Part shown: one piece after another, positions 44,943 through 53,650 of the stretch
Layout: every line of letters starts with the position of its first letter
How positions within the stretch are numbered: the first letter of the stretch is position 1
Notes under the pieces: generated by a model
What the model was told of the DNA's origin: nothing
What the model saw: the letters and a program-made list of their open reading frames with translations, nothing else
The model's database searches: none
Source of the DNA: an uncultured Candidatus Peribacteria bacterium
Lineage (GTDB): Bacteria > Patescibacteriota > Gracilibacteria > Peribacterales > Peribacteraceae
Assembly: GCA_964648045.1 (NCBI GenBank)
Contig: CAZYNU010000002.1
Location: forward strand, 6,782-70,781
DNA length: 64,000 bases
Direction: 5' to 3'
Program-made: the position numbers and the translations under genes

Positions 44943-46256
44943 TTATTTTGTGAACTCCTCTTTCCATTTCTGGCGCGCGCTGTCGGCCGGATGCGGCGCT
45001 GTCGTGCGGTTCTCGCGCAGCTCCAAGGTGCCATTTTGGACATGGGCGAAGGTGCGGTCCGGAACGTCTTTGGTGAGGAGTGTGTGGCTGCCCACGAAAG
45101 AGTCGCGTCCAACCTTCACTCCTGGCGACGTGCCCACGCCAAAGCCCAGTCGGCAACCTTCACCGATGGCGGCACCAAACTTGCGCAGCCCCGTTGGTAA
45201 TTTATTTCCACGCACTGTCGACAGTACCTCAGCTTCGTCGAGGCGGAGATTGCCCAAGTTGCAGCCGTTGCCGAGTGAGACGTTCTCGGCCAGCACGCTG
45301 TCACCCACGTACGAGCCGTGCGTCCAGACGTGCGGCGCTAAGACGGAGCCTTTCACTTCGCTGCCCGAGCCGATGACGCAGTCGCGGCCCAGGCTGCCGC
45401 CGCGGATGATGGCGCCGTAACCGATGGTCGTGCGGGCGCCGACGTAGGCCGGTCCGGAGATGATCGCGCCGGCCATCACCGTCACGCCCTCCTCGATGAG
45501 CACCGGGCCCTCGATGACGGCGGTTGGGTGGATCTTGGCGGAGGGGTGGATTGTCTGCTCGCCGATAACGCGCAGGAAGAGCGGCAGGGCCTTGATGGGA
45601 TCCCAAGCGTACTTGAAGGCGTACCACTCACCCTCATAAGGGGCCATCACGTAGTGCCCCTCCGCCATCAGCCGCTTCTCCACTTCGGAATAGCCGTCGC
45701 CGGCCGAGTCGGGCACGGCTTGCAGAGCCTTCAGCAGGGCCTCGCGCTTGTGGGCATGGATGACGATGTTCACCAGGTCGCTGGGCTCCTCTCCTGGTTT
45801 GGGTTTCTCCACAATGCCGACGATGCGCTCGCCATCGACGGTTAGGTACCCGCCAGGGAAGTACGTCGACATGCGCTTGGCCAAAAAGACGCCGTCGGTA
45901 CCGGGCTTGGCCGCGGCCTCGAGCACGGCAGCGTAGGCGCCGGCGTCCACCAGGTCGGTGCCGGCCACGACGAGTACCCAGTCGTCTGTTACTTGGGGCA
46001 GGGCCGCGAGCAAGGCCCCACGCGTGCCGAGCCGGCCGTCGTCGGCCTGTACCACCACCGGACGATCCGGGAGTAGCCGGCGGACATCGGCCTCGTTGGC
46101 GGCACTAGCCACCACCGTCACGTCTTTCAGGCCGGCGCGCTTGAGCACGGCGAGTTGGTGCTCCATTGGCGTGGTGCCACAAATGGAGACGAGCGCTTTA
46201 TCTCTAAGCGGCCAGAACCGCTCCGATTTGCCGGCGACCGTCAGGATGACGTGCAT
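44943..46256 (-). CDS. sugar-phosphate nucleotidyltransferase with a C-terminal left-handed beta-helix (GlmU-like architecture)
   Basis: N-terminus MHVILTVAGKSERFWPL... is NTP-transferase-like. The C-terminal half has hexapeptide-like repeats (IHPSAKIHPTAVIEGPVLIEEGVTVMAGAIISGPAYVGARTTIGYGAIIRGGSLG...). TACACT lies 8 nt before the ATG at 46256. Confidence 0.7.
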   Translation of the reverse strand: MHVILTVAGKSERFWPLRDKALVSICGTTPMEHQLAVLKRAGLKDVTVVASAANEADVRRLLPDRPVVVQADDGRLGTRGALLAALPQVTDDWVLVVAGTDLVDAGAYAAVLEAAAKPGTDGVFLAKRMSTYFPGGYLTVDGERIVGIVEKPKPGEEPSDLVNIVIHAHKREALLKALQAVPDSAGDGYSEVEKRLMAEGHYVMAPYEGEWYAFKYAWDPIKALPLFLRVIGEQTIHPSAKIHPTAVIEGPVLIEEGVTVMAGAIISGPAYVGARTTIGYGAIIRGGSLGRDCVIGSGSEVKGSVLAPHVWTHGSYVGDSVLAENVSLGNGCNLGNLRLDEAEVLSTVRGNKLPTGLRKFGAAIGEGCRLGFGVGTSPGVKVGRDSFVGSHTLLTKDVPDRTFAHVQNGTLELRENRTTAPHPADSARQKWKEEFTK

Positions 46257-46276
46257 GGCGACCGAGTGTAGCGGAG

Positions 46277-47143
46277 CTATGGTACCGTTTCCCATCGAAA
46301 CGACAGAGTCCCCTCCTGGTCGGTCCGACGGACGGCGATTGCCGCGGTTTCCAGCCGAGCCAGCATTTCGGGGCTGGGGTGGCCGTAGCTATTGCCGACG
46401 CCAGCCGAAACGGCCGCTAGGCGCGGACGCACTGCCAACAGCCAATCCACTGTGGTTGATGTCTTACTGCCGTGATGGCCAATCTTCAGCAGGTCGCAGC
46501 GAATGTTGGCACCACTGCGGAGAATGGCAGCCTCGCCCACGGCTTCCAGATCGCCGGTGAGTAGCGCCAAACAGCGGCCATGCCACCGTAGTGCGAGCGT
46601 GACCGAGGCATCATTCACGTCGCCTTTCCAGGGCTGTCCATAACTTTCGGACGGTGGCCAGAGCACGTCGAGGGCCAGGTTATTTCCCAGGTCGATGGTT
46701 GTGGCTGGGTCGGCGGCCAGAATGGTTGTGCCCGCGGCCGCGATGGCTTCGAGAAACGCGGTATATTCGGGTGTGTCGGATGGCGTGCCGCCCAGGAGTG
46801 CCCAGCGAACACCCCCGCGACGCACGATGGCTGGCAGGGCCACAAGGTGGTCGCGGTGAGGATGGGTGAGGACAATCATGTCGACGCGCTGGTCTGTGGT
46901 GGGCAACCGCGCTCCCAGTGATCGCAGCGCGCGGCCGTCCATGCCGCCGTCGATCACGATGCGCAGGCCCATTGGCGTCGTGAGCAGCAGGCTGTCACCT
47001 TGGCCAACATCGAGCACATCAAGACGCACGCTGCCGTCGGCGAGTCGTGAGGTATCCCAATACAAGCAAGCCGCAGTCACGGCAGAAAAGGCGGTGATGG
47101 TCGCAAGGAGGCGCTGCAACTGTCGGCGATCGGTCATGTTCAT
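46277..47143 (-). CDS. ComEC/Rec2-related metallo-beta-lactamase-fold protein (MBL domain only, one N-terminal TM segment)
   Basis: LDVLDVGQGDSLLL, VLTHPHRDHL and KIGHHGSKTS. The start is uncertain (ATG 47143, 47137 or 47185). Confidence 0.7.
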   Translation of the reverse strand: MNMTDRRQLQRLLATITAFSAVTAACLYWDTSRLADGSVRLDVLDVGQGDSLLLTTPMGLRIVIDGGMDGRALRSLGARLPTTDQRVDMIVLTHPHRDHLVALPAIVRRGGVRWALLGGTPSDTPEYTAFLEAIAAAGTTILAADPATTIDLGNNLALDVLWPPSESYGQPWKGDVNDASVTLALRWHGRCLALLTGDLEAVGEAAILRSGANIRCDLLKIGHHGSKTSTTVDWLLAVRPRLAAVSAGVGNSYGHPSPEMLARLETAAIAVRRTDQEGTLSFRWETVP

Positions 47144-47225
47144 ACGCTGCCTTTCGCACGGAAAATTGCCGGTACTTTTTTTCATGAAGATCTGTCTGTT
47201 GGCGTCCTCCTGCCGAATGGTTGGT

Positions 47226-48536
47226 TCAGCGCGCGGCTGGAACCCGGCGAAGTCGCGCGGCACCGGCCAGGCCGCCCGCCACCAGTGCGATCACGAAGGC
47301 AATCGAGGCTGGGCCCGAGGATGCGAGTGGCGTGTTGCCGTTCGTGGTCGAGGCGACGGGCGGCCGCATGCCGCCCGAGACAACGCGGCCAGAAAGGGTG
47401 ATCGTCTGCAGGGCGGGTTCATACGTGGAGCCATCCGGCGCAAACGCGGCCAAGAGCACGGCGAACGTGCCGGCGGGGATGCGGTTGACACGTACCAAGC
47501 CAAGGCCCGGCGGTACGGGTTGCCATGCGCCAAAGGTGCGGCCGCCATCAACAGACTGGGCAAGTGACAATTCCGATACTTCGGCGCCGGGGGTGATCGT
47601 CCAGCCAATCTCGATGTCGTGGAAGCCGTCGGTGCGCGGCAGATCTTTCAGCGTGACTGTCACCGCCGGCCCAACCGACGATGCACTTGCTGCCGCGCTG
47701 CTGGAAGAGCGCGTGGGGGCCAAGATGGGCGGCGCGCTTGAGTCGCTCTCTGCCGAGGATGTTGTGGCGGTGGATATGGTCGAGGAAGCGGCGGTCGTTA
47801 GGGACGACCGAGTTGAAGATCGTGTTGCCATCGAAGACGACGACGTGGGTGCCGACACCGCCAGGCTGGTGAAGGGATGGACGGAGTCTTGTGTGAATAC
47901 GGCCAGCGGGCCGCCTTCGTCACTCGGCAGGCCGAGGAACGCCTCTTGGGCCAGAGTGACGCGATACTTTCCGGCGCGTTGTTCGGCTGTGGTGAGTAGA
48001 ATTGTGTCTTCATCGAGTGAGAGTGAAACAACGGCCACGGATGTACCGTTGGCGTCTTCGACGCGAACAGCCTGGCGAATGTCTGCCAACGCCAGGACGA
48101 CCGCGTGGTCAAACGTCAGGCGGATCTGATTAGCCCCCGCTGCGACCACGCGGGTCACTTGTAGCACTGGACGATTATCGGCCGTTGTCGCCTCGGCTTC
48201 TTCTACGAACGCCGCACTTTCTTCGCCGTTGCTATCTACCGCGATGACCGCCACGAAGACCGGGCCGTCCGCCATCTTCTTGAGTGTCAGGGTGGTCACG
48301 GGACCGTCTGTCTGCTCGCTGTCGTCGTAGTCGCCATCATTGTCCAAAATGGATTGTCGGCTCCAATACACCCGGTAGGACGCGACGTCCGAGCTAGTGG
48401 CGTCCCACGAGACTACCACCTCGGCACCGCGGCGCTCGGCGTGAACGCCCGTGACAGGCGCCGGCGCGGCACTGGCCAGAAGAGGAACGGCGAGGGCGAG
48501 TAGAGCGCCTACGAGGCAATGCTTGGTGGCAGTCAT
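47226..48536 (-). CDS. cell-surface protein: signal peptide, FN3/Ig-like domains, Ser-rich linker, C-terminal TM anchor with a basic tail
   Basis: Signal peptide LALAVPLLASAAPAP. FN3-like ...VVVSWDATSSDVASYRVYWS.... Ser/Thr-rich tract. C-terminus GPASIAFVIALVAGGLAGAARLRRVPAAR. Confidence 0.7.
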   Translation of the reverse strand: MTATKHCLVGALLALAVPLLASAAPAPVTGVHAERRGAEVVVSWDATSSDVASYRVYWSRQSILDNDGDYDDSEQTDGPVTTLTLKKMADGPVFVAVIAVDSNGEESAAFVEEAEATTADNRPVLQVTRVVAAGANQIRLTFDHAVVLALADIRQAVRVEDANGTSVAVVSLSLDEDTILLTTAEQRAGKYRVTLAQEAFLGLPSDEGGPLAVFTQDSVHPFTSLAVSAPTSSSSMATRSSTRSSLTTAASSTISTATTSSAESDSSAPPILAPTRSSSSAAASASSVGPAVTVTLKDLPRTDGFHDIEIGWTITPGAEVSELSLAQSVDGGRTFGAWQPVPPGLGLVRVNRIPAGTFAVLLAAFAPDGSTYEPALQTITLSGRVVSGGMRPPVASTTNGNTPLASSGPASIAFVIALVAGGLAGAARLRRVPAAR

Positions 48537-48626
48537 GAATTTGGTGTTGGTTTCTCTCTAGTGTATCAGAAAAACACGATTCCGACCCTTGCGCTTGCAG
48601 TACTTCTGTTGGCTGAGGGGTTTTTC

Positions 48627-49226
48627 TCAGTCTAGTATCCGGCGTCCGTTGAGGGCTTCGCGCAGTGTTCCTTGATCGACAAATTCGATATCCGCGCCCA
48701 TCGGCAGGCCATGCGCCAAGCGCGTGATTTTTGGTCCTTTCTCCGTTAAACGCTCGCGCAAGTAACTGGCGGTCGCTTCACCCTCAATATCGGGGTCGGT
48801 GGCAATGATGACTTCTTTCAAGCCACCCGCCGCTACGCGGTCGATCAATTCGCGGATGCGCAGCTGTTCCGGTCCCATGCCGTCGATGGGCGACAAGACC
48901 CCGTGGAGCACGTGGTACCGGCCCTGGTATCCCGACCGTTCGAAGGCCACCACTTCCAGCGGCTCTTCTACCACCAACACTGTCGTCGGGTCGCGGGTGG
49001 CGTCTTGGCAAATGGGACAGAGACGTTCGACGGCGACCATTTGGCATTCGGCGCAGTAGGCGAGCGAGCGCTTGAGTTCGAGTAAGGCTTGGCCCAGCGC
49101 CTCGGGCGAGGCTCGTGAGCTGCGCAGCAGGAAGAAGGTGAGGCGTTCGGCCGACTTGGGGCCGATGCCCGGCAGTTTCTGGAGCTCCTCGATGGTCCGG
49201 CGAATTTGTGGTGGCAGCAGCGACAC
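48627..49226 (-). CDS. recR: recombination protein RecR
   Basis: LQKLPGIGPKSAERLTFFLL, the C4 zinc finger CAECQMV...CPICQD, and a Toprim region VLVVEEPLEVVAFE...IIATDPDIEGE. I chose the GTG start at 49226, which gives 199 aa. TATCCT (49234-49239, minus strand) lies 7 nt upstream. ATG 49271 is the alternative. Confidence 0.85.
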   Translation of the reverse strand: MSLLPPQIRRTIEELQKLPGIGPKSAERLTFFLLRSSRASPEALGQALLELKRSLAYCAECQMVAVERLCPICQDATRDPTTVLVVEEPLEVVAFERSGYQGRYHVLHGVLSPIDGMGPEQLRIRELIDRVAAGGLKEVIIATDPDIEGEATASYLRERLTEKGPKITRLAHGLPMGADIEFVDQGTLREALNGRRILD

Positions 49227-49297
49227 GGCCGAGAGGATAGCAGGTCGGCGGCGGGTGGCATTGCTGGGCATCGGGCTTTTCCCTAGAGTCGTCGGCC

Positions 49298-50722
49298 ATG
49301 TCGCTCTCCATCCCTCAATCCTTGGCATCGCTCGACCACAGTGCCTTTGATGCGCAATTGGTCAGTACGTGGCAGCCGTCGTATCCCTGGACCACATCCA
49401 AGTTGCCGGAGGATCCCAAGATCACAACGGGAGACTACGTTGCCTGGACGAAGTACCAACTGGCCGAGGCGCTCAAGGGTGACCCGCGCCTAAAAAATTA
49501 CCGTTTCGATGATGCCGAACGCCAGGTTCTTAGCTATGTCGCCTTTGAATTGGCGCGTTGGTCGTTGCATACCGTGCACCTGCGTCAGATGGGCATCCGT
49601 CAAATGGCCGCACAATTGCGTCGGGATTTTGCGCGTTGCTTGAATGACGGTGAATTGCTCACGATCGACGTGCGCAGTCCTCTCTACGGCCAAGGGCAAA
49701 TGCGTCACCTGGCCGCGGATCAAACCGGCTTTGCACTCCCGCTATACAGCCGATTCGATCGCAATCTGCTCCAAGTTCTCGCCGGTGGCACGCCGCATGA
49801 CTTAGCCGCGTCGGCGCTGCCTCGCGTCGAAGAATGGTTGCAGAAAGATCCGCTCTCGTTTTTGGCGCATCTCGATCGAGGCGCGATCCACGTTTCTCAA
49901 GAAAAGTGGCGACAGAACATGTGGACGTATCTCGATCAGGCGCACGGGTTGGCGCTCGATAGCGAGGCGACTCTCACGCCGAGACTGCGGGAGTCTATTC
50001 TTGAGGAATCGATCGATGCCATGGCCGATGTTATGCCGACTCCGATTGTGAGTGACACGCTGGAGGCGGCAATTGCTGAAGAGGTGTTTCGACGCCAGCA
50101 GGCAGCGCAGTATTCGGCCCTGGATCATGGTCAATTGAAGGGGCTCTACGGCAGGCGCACCCACATGCGACTCATGCATGAGTTGTCGAAAGATGTCCTC
50201 GTGAAGCGACTCGTGGACTGGGATGTGCGCGCAGGCGATCTGCCCAAGGTGGCCATCCTCGATCAATCGCCGCAAGATGACCGCGGCATCGACGCCTTCA
50301 CCACTGCGTCGCTCGCCGATTGCCTTGTGCCCCTCTTGGTCCAGCCGGCCAGCGCCGAGCGCGATGCAAAAATTCTTCAACGGCTTGTGATTCCCGAGTA
50401 TCACATCCTCGTGTGTGCCCAAAAGATGTTGAGCTTCCTGTTGGAGGAAGAGGGTAAGCGTCCGATGGAACCGGAAGCTTTGAAGGCTGACCATCTGTCA
50501 CGTTTGTCGATCCTTCCCCTCGAGGAAGACATTCCGACCGAGCAGGCCGACGAGATGGAGCAAACGTCCCGTGCCTTAAAAGAAGCACACGACGTGCTTA
50601 TGCGCGCGTATAAGGCCGTTGGCGTGAATCATGCTTATCGCCCCATCGCCGTGATCCTCGATTTCATCATTAGTGCCACCAGCGGACGCGTCGATATCCG
50701 GCGGCATCGATCGATGATCTAA
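49298..50722 (+). CDS. hypothetical protein (474 aa), no recognised domain
   Basis: TAGAGT (49284-49289) lies 8 nt before the ATG. It has visibly more A/T-ending codons than neighbouring genes. Confidence 0.6.
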   Translation: MSLSIPQSLASLDHSAFDAQLVSTWQPSYPWTTSKLPEDPKITTGDYVAWTKYQLAEALKGDPRLKNYRFDDAERQVLSYVAFELARWSLHTVHLRQMGIRQMAAQLRRDFARCLNDGELLTIDVRSPLYGQGQMRHLAADQTGFALPLYSRFDRNLLQVLAGGTPHDLAASALPRVEEWLQKDPLSFLAHLDRGAIHVSQEKWRQNMWTYLDQAHGLALDSEATLTPRLRESILEESIDAMADVMPTPIVSDTLEAAIAEEVFRRQQAAQYSALDHGQLKGLYGRRTHMRLMHELSKDVLVKRLVDWDVRAGDLPKVAILDQSPQDDRGIDAFTTASLADCLVPLLVQPASAERDAKILQRLVIPEYHILVCAQKMLSFLLEEEGKRPMEPEALKADHLSRLSILPLEEDIPTEQADEMEQTSRALKEAHDVLMRAYKAVGVNHAYRPIAVILDFIISATSGRVDIRRHRSMI

Positions 50723-51157
50723 TTATTCCATCCGTCCGCTGCGCAGCGCCCGGTCCTGGTCGCGCTTCTTGATCACCTCGCGGCGGTCGGCCTTCTTGCG
50801 GCCGCGTCCCACGCCGAGCACGAGCTTGATGTACTTCCCGGCGCGCAGCTCGATAGGGACGATCGTCACGCCTTTTTCGGAGGCAAGTGACTGTAAACGT
50901 TCGGACTCTTGCTTATGGAGGAGAAGGAGACGTTGGCGCTTGGGCTCGTAGTCGTCGTTCTTGGCAAATTGGTAAGGGCCTATCATCAAGTGCGCGATGG
51001 ACGCCTCGCCGCGTGTAAAGGTGACGTAGGCGCCGGCAAATTGCACCTGGCCGAGTCGACACGATTTCACTTCTGGACCCGTCAGGCGCAGACCGGCCTC
51101 CACCGTCTCGGTGATCTCGTAGTCGAAGCGGGCCCGACGATTGCCGAAAACCTTCAT
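50723..51157 (-). CDS. smpB: SsrA-binding protein
   Basis: GNRRARFDYEI, GPEVKSCR and LLLHKQE. TAGAAT (51165-51170, minus strand) lies 7 nt before the ATG. Confidence 0.9.
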   Translation of the reverse strand: MKVFGNRRARFDYEITETVEAGLRLTGPEVKSCRLGQVQFAGAYVTFTRGEASIAHLMIGPYQFAKNDDYEPKRQRLLLLHKQESERLQSLASEKGVTIVPIELRAGKYIKLVLGVGRGRKKADRREVIKKRDQDRALRSGRME

Positions 51158-51197
51158 TTGGCTGATTCTAGACCAATTCCAGCTATTCCCCTAGAAG

Positions 51198-51225
51198 TTG
51201 ACAAATTTAAAATACATAGTATTAT
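51198..51225 (+). promoter_or_regulatory. near-consensus promoter TTGACA-16-TATTAT with no protein gene downstream on this strand
   Basis: TTGACA 51198-51203 and TATTAT 51220-51225, in an AT-rich island. Confidence 0.65.
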
Positions 51226-51230
51226 TCAGG

Positions 51231-51385
51231 CGTTGGTTCATTCCGTCGACTCTTCTCCGCTCATTCCTGGGTTTCTCGGAGCCTAGAAATGAGCGGAGGG
51301 GCGCCAGCCTCTGCTGAGTGACAAGAAGTCACCTTATCGAACCAACGAAGAAATCACCCCGTTTCAAAAGAACGGGGTTTCTTTT
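51231..51385 (+). ncRNA. candidate small RNA (~115-nt closed multi-helix core plus intrinsic terminator), family unknown
   Basis: P1 51231-51239/51339-51347 (9 bp). P2 51255-51265/51288-51298 (11 bp, extendable). Hairpins at 51305-51316 and 51318-51332. The terminator is ACCCCGTT-(7 nt)-AACGGGGT plus TTCTTTT at 51356-51385. Confidence 0.55.
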
Positions 51386-51391
51386 GCGTGT

Positions 51392-51862
51392 TTACCAACC
51401 GCGTATCGCGAGCCAGGCCGCAACCGTCGTCCAACTCGCCAGGCTGACCACTGTTCCGGCAGTGAGAAATGGGGCGAAGGGCAGGTGATCGCCGCGTTGC
51501 AATCGTCCTGTAGCCAGGCCGGTCATGGCGATCAGCGCACCGAGGGTGAACGCACAAGCCGCCGCGAACACCGTTGCCGCCGTTGTGCCGCAGAGCAGGC
51601 CGACGGCACTGCCAAGGCCGATGTCGCCCGCGCCCAACCATCGTCCGCGGCCAAGCAGCCAGAGCGTGCCGAAGATGATGCCTCCCGCGATGGCGCCGCT
51701 TAGTGTCATCGATGCATCATGCACGCGAAACGTCGTTGCCGTGAGGGCAAGGGCCACCACTGCGCCGTCGTGAATGCGCCCATGACGCATATCGAACCAG
51801 GCGATGCCAAAGAGCAGTGCCAGTGCGGCAGCGAGCAGCAATGGTGCGACAACAAGGCTCAC
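51392..51862 (-). CDS. A24-family prepilin (type IV leader) peptidase, short form
   Basis: Polytopic membrane protein with WFDMRHGRIHD, LGAGDIGLG and LPFAPFLT. Confidence 0.6.
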   Translation of the reverse strand: MSLVVAPLLLAAALALLFGIAWFDMRHGRIHDGAVVALALTATTFRVHDASMTLSGAIAGGIIFGTLWLLGRGRWLGAGDIGLGSAVGLLCGTTAATVFAAACAFTLGALIAMTGLATGRLQRGDHLPFAPFLTAGTVVSLASWTTVAAWLAIRGW

Positions 51863-51866
51863 GCGT

Positions 51867-52421
51867 TCACTGTAGCGCCGACCGTACGCGCGTCGCCAAT
51901 GCCGTTAATCGCTGGCGATGCCAGCCAGCGGCGGCCCCGGCGGATACCAGGAGTACCAGCCAATCGGCGGCACCGGAGTTGGGCAGGGCGGCGGCTTTGG
52001 TCATGGCGGCCAGCGGCTCTTGAGGGGCGGCCGGTCGGATAATTGCAGCGGGAGGGGTTCGATCGGCGTCTTCGACGGCGATGGGTGGAGTGTGTACGGC
52101 CGATTCCGTCGGGGTGGGTTCGGCGTCGATGATCGTTTCTGGCGTTAGTCGTTCGGGTTGAGGGGGCGGAGGCGTGGGCATGGCTCGTTCGCGCAATGGT
52201 ACACCCAGTTCGGGCAGGGGAGCGGGTTCAGAGGCCGACTCAACGACGCGCGCTACCTCGCGCCCTGTTTCTTGTCCGCCCAGCAGCGCGGCTGTGGCCA
52301 TGTGAGCCAAATCGCCGCCGACGGCGTGTGATGCACTGGTATAACCCAGGTAGAGCACGGCGGCGATGGCCGAACCGGCGCAGGCCCCGAGAATCTGGCG
52401 AACGAGAGGGTGTTGGAACAT
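51867..52421 (-). CDS. Pro-rich envelope protein with an N-terminal TM/signal anchor and a C-terminal LPXTG-like sorting signal
   Basis: C-terminus ...AAALPNSGAADWLVLLVSAGAAAGWHRQRL.... This is LPNSG followed by a hydrophobic stretch and basic residues. The middle of the protein is Pro-rich. Confidence 0.5.
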   Translation of the reverse strand: MFQHPLVRQILGACAGSAIAAVLYLGYTSASHAVGGDLAHMATAALLGGQETGREVARVVESASEPAPLPELGVPLRERAMPTPPPPQPERLTPETIIDAEPTPTESAVHTPPIAVEDADRTPPAAIIRPAAPQEPLAAMTKAAALPNSGAADWLVLLVSAGAAAGWHRQRLTALATRVRSALQ

Positions 52422-52543
52422 GGGTGTGGGTTTCCCGTTACTCTACCATAAATCGGTCCATCAGGCGATGCTCCTGATTTGCCTAGATCGTCAGGAAATG
52501 TTAAAGATATACGTCTTTTTTCTCCAACTTCTCCTCCTTACCC

Positions 52544-53650
52544 ATGAAGCGCGTCCTCCTAACCGGCATCGACGGATTCATCGGCCATCATGTGGCCGAG
52601 GGCATCTTGAAGAAGACCGACTGGAAGATTGTGGGCCTGAGCAAGATCGACAGTGCCTCCACTCTCCATCGTTTGAGCGACATTGAGGGTTGGTCCGAGA
52701 AGTACGCCCACCGCGTCGAGTTCGTCCACCACGATCTGCGCGCCCCCGTGAATCCCTACGTGGCCAATCGCATCGGTCCGGTGAATTACATTCTGCATCT
52801 CGCCGCCAGCACGCACGTCGACCGTTCCATTGAAGCGCCAATGGAGTTCGTTCTCGATAACGTGGTTGCCACCTGCAACATTCTCGATTACGCCCGCACG
52901 CTCAAGGACTTCAACATGTTCCTCTACTTTTCCACCGACGAGGTCTTCGGCCCGGCCCCCGAGGGCGTGGCGTACAAAGAGTGGGATCGTTACTGCTCCA
53001 GCAATCCCTACGCGGCTACCAAGGCCGGTGGTGAGGAGTTGGCGTACTCATACCACAACACCTACGGACTGCCGGTGGTGATCACGCACACCATGAACGT
53101 GTTCGGTGAGCGCCAGCACCCGGAGAAGTTTATCCCCAAGGTTATCAACGCGGCTCTTCGCGGCGAGCGCCTGTTCATTCACGCTGACCCGTCCAAGACC
53201 AAGGCTGGCACGCGCTTCTACATCCATGCCCGCAACGTGGCCGCCGCCATGCTCTTCCTCATCGAGCAGTTTGACGCCGGTAAGATCGCCTCGGGCGACA
53301 AGTTCAACATCGTCGGTGAGTGCGAAGTCGACAACCTCACCTTGGCCCAGATGATCGCCAAGGTGGTCGGTAAGGACTTGAACTATGAGATGATCGACTT
53401 CCACGGCAGCCGCCCCGGTCACGACCTGCGCTATGCGCTCGACGGCACCAAGCTGGCCCAGATGGGCTTCTCGTATCCGATGCATTTCGAGGAGAGCCTG
53501 GAGAAGACGGTACGTTGGTATTTGTCACGTCCCGAATGGCTCTTGGATGGTTTCTCCCGTGCTCAGTTCGCCAAGGAGCAGGCTGTGCACGAACTCATCA
53601 GCCGCTCTAACCGCCCCGAGCACGTGGTGCCGCCCGTCAACGCGGCTTAA
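52544..53650 (+). CDS. rfbB: NAD-dependent sugar dehydratase, dTDP-glucose 4,6-dehydratase-like (extended SDR)
   Basis: VLLTGIDGFIGHHV, FSTDEVFG, PYAATKAGGEEL and THTMNVFGERQHPEKFIPK. Confidence 0.65.
   Translation: MKRVLLTGIDGFIGHHVAEGILKKTDWKIVGLSKIDSASTLHRLSDIEGWSEKYAHRVEFVHHDLRAPVNPYVANRIGPVNYILHLAASTHVDRSIEAPMEFVLDNVVATCNILDYARTLKDFNMFLYFSTDEVFGPAPEGVAYKEWDRYCSSNPYAATKAGGEELAYSYHNTYGLPVVITHTMNVFGERQHPEKFIPKVINAALRGERLFIHADPSKTKAGTRFYIHARNVAAAMLFLIEQFDAGKIASGDKFNIVGECEVDNLTLAQMIAKVVGKDLNYEMIDFHGSRPGHDLRYALDGTKLAQMGFSYPMHFEESLEKTVRWYLSRPEWLLDGFSRAQFAKEQAVHELISRSNRPEHVVPPVNAA

Noticed and set aside
51158-51185. Resemblance of GGCTGATTCTAGAC to the conserved tmRNA 5' end (GGGGCTGATTCTGGATTCGAC), right next to smpB
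   Set aside because: There is no TTCGAC continuation and no tRNA-like T-arm or ...CTCCACCA 3' end anywhere nearby. The whole gap (234 nt) is also too short for a standard tmRNA. I treat the resemblance as coincidental.
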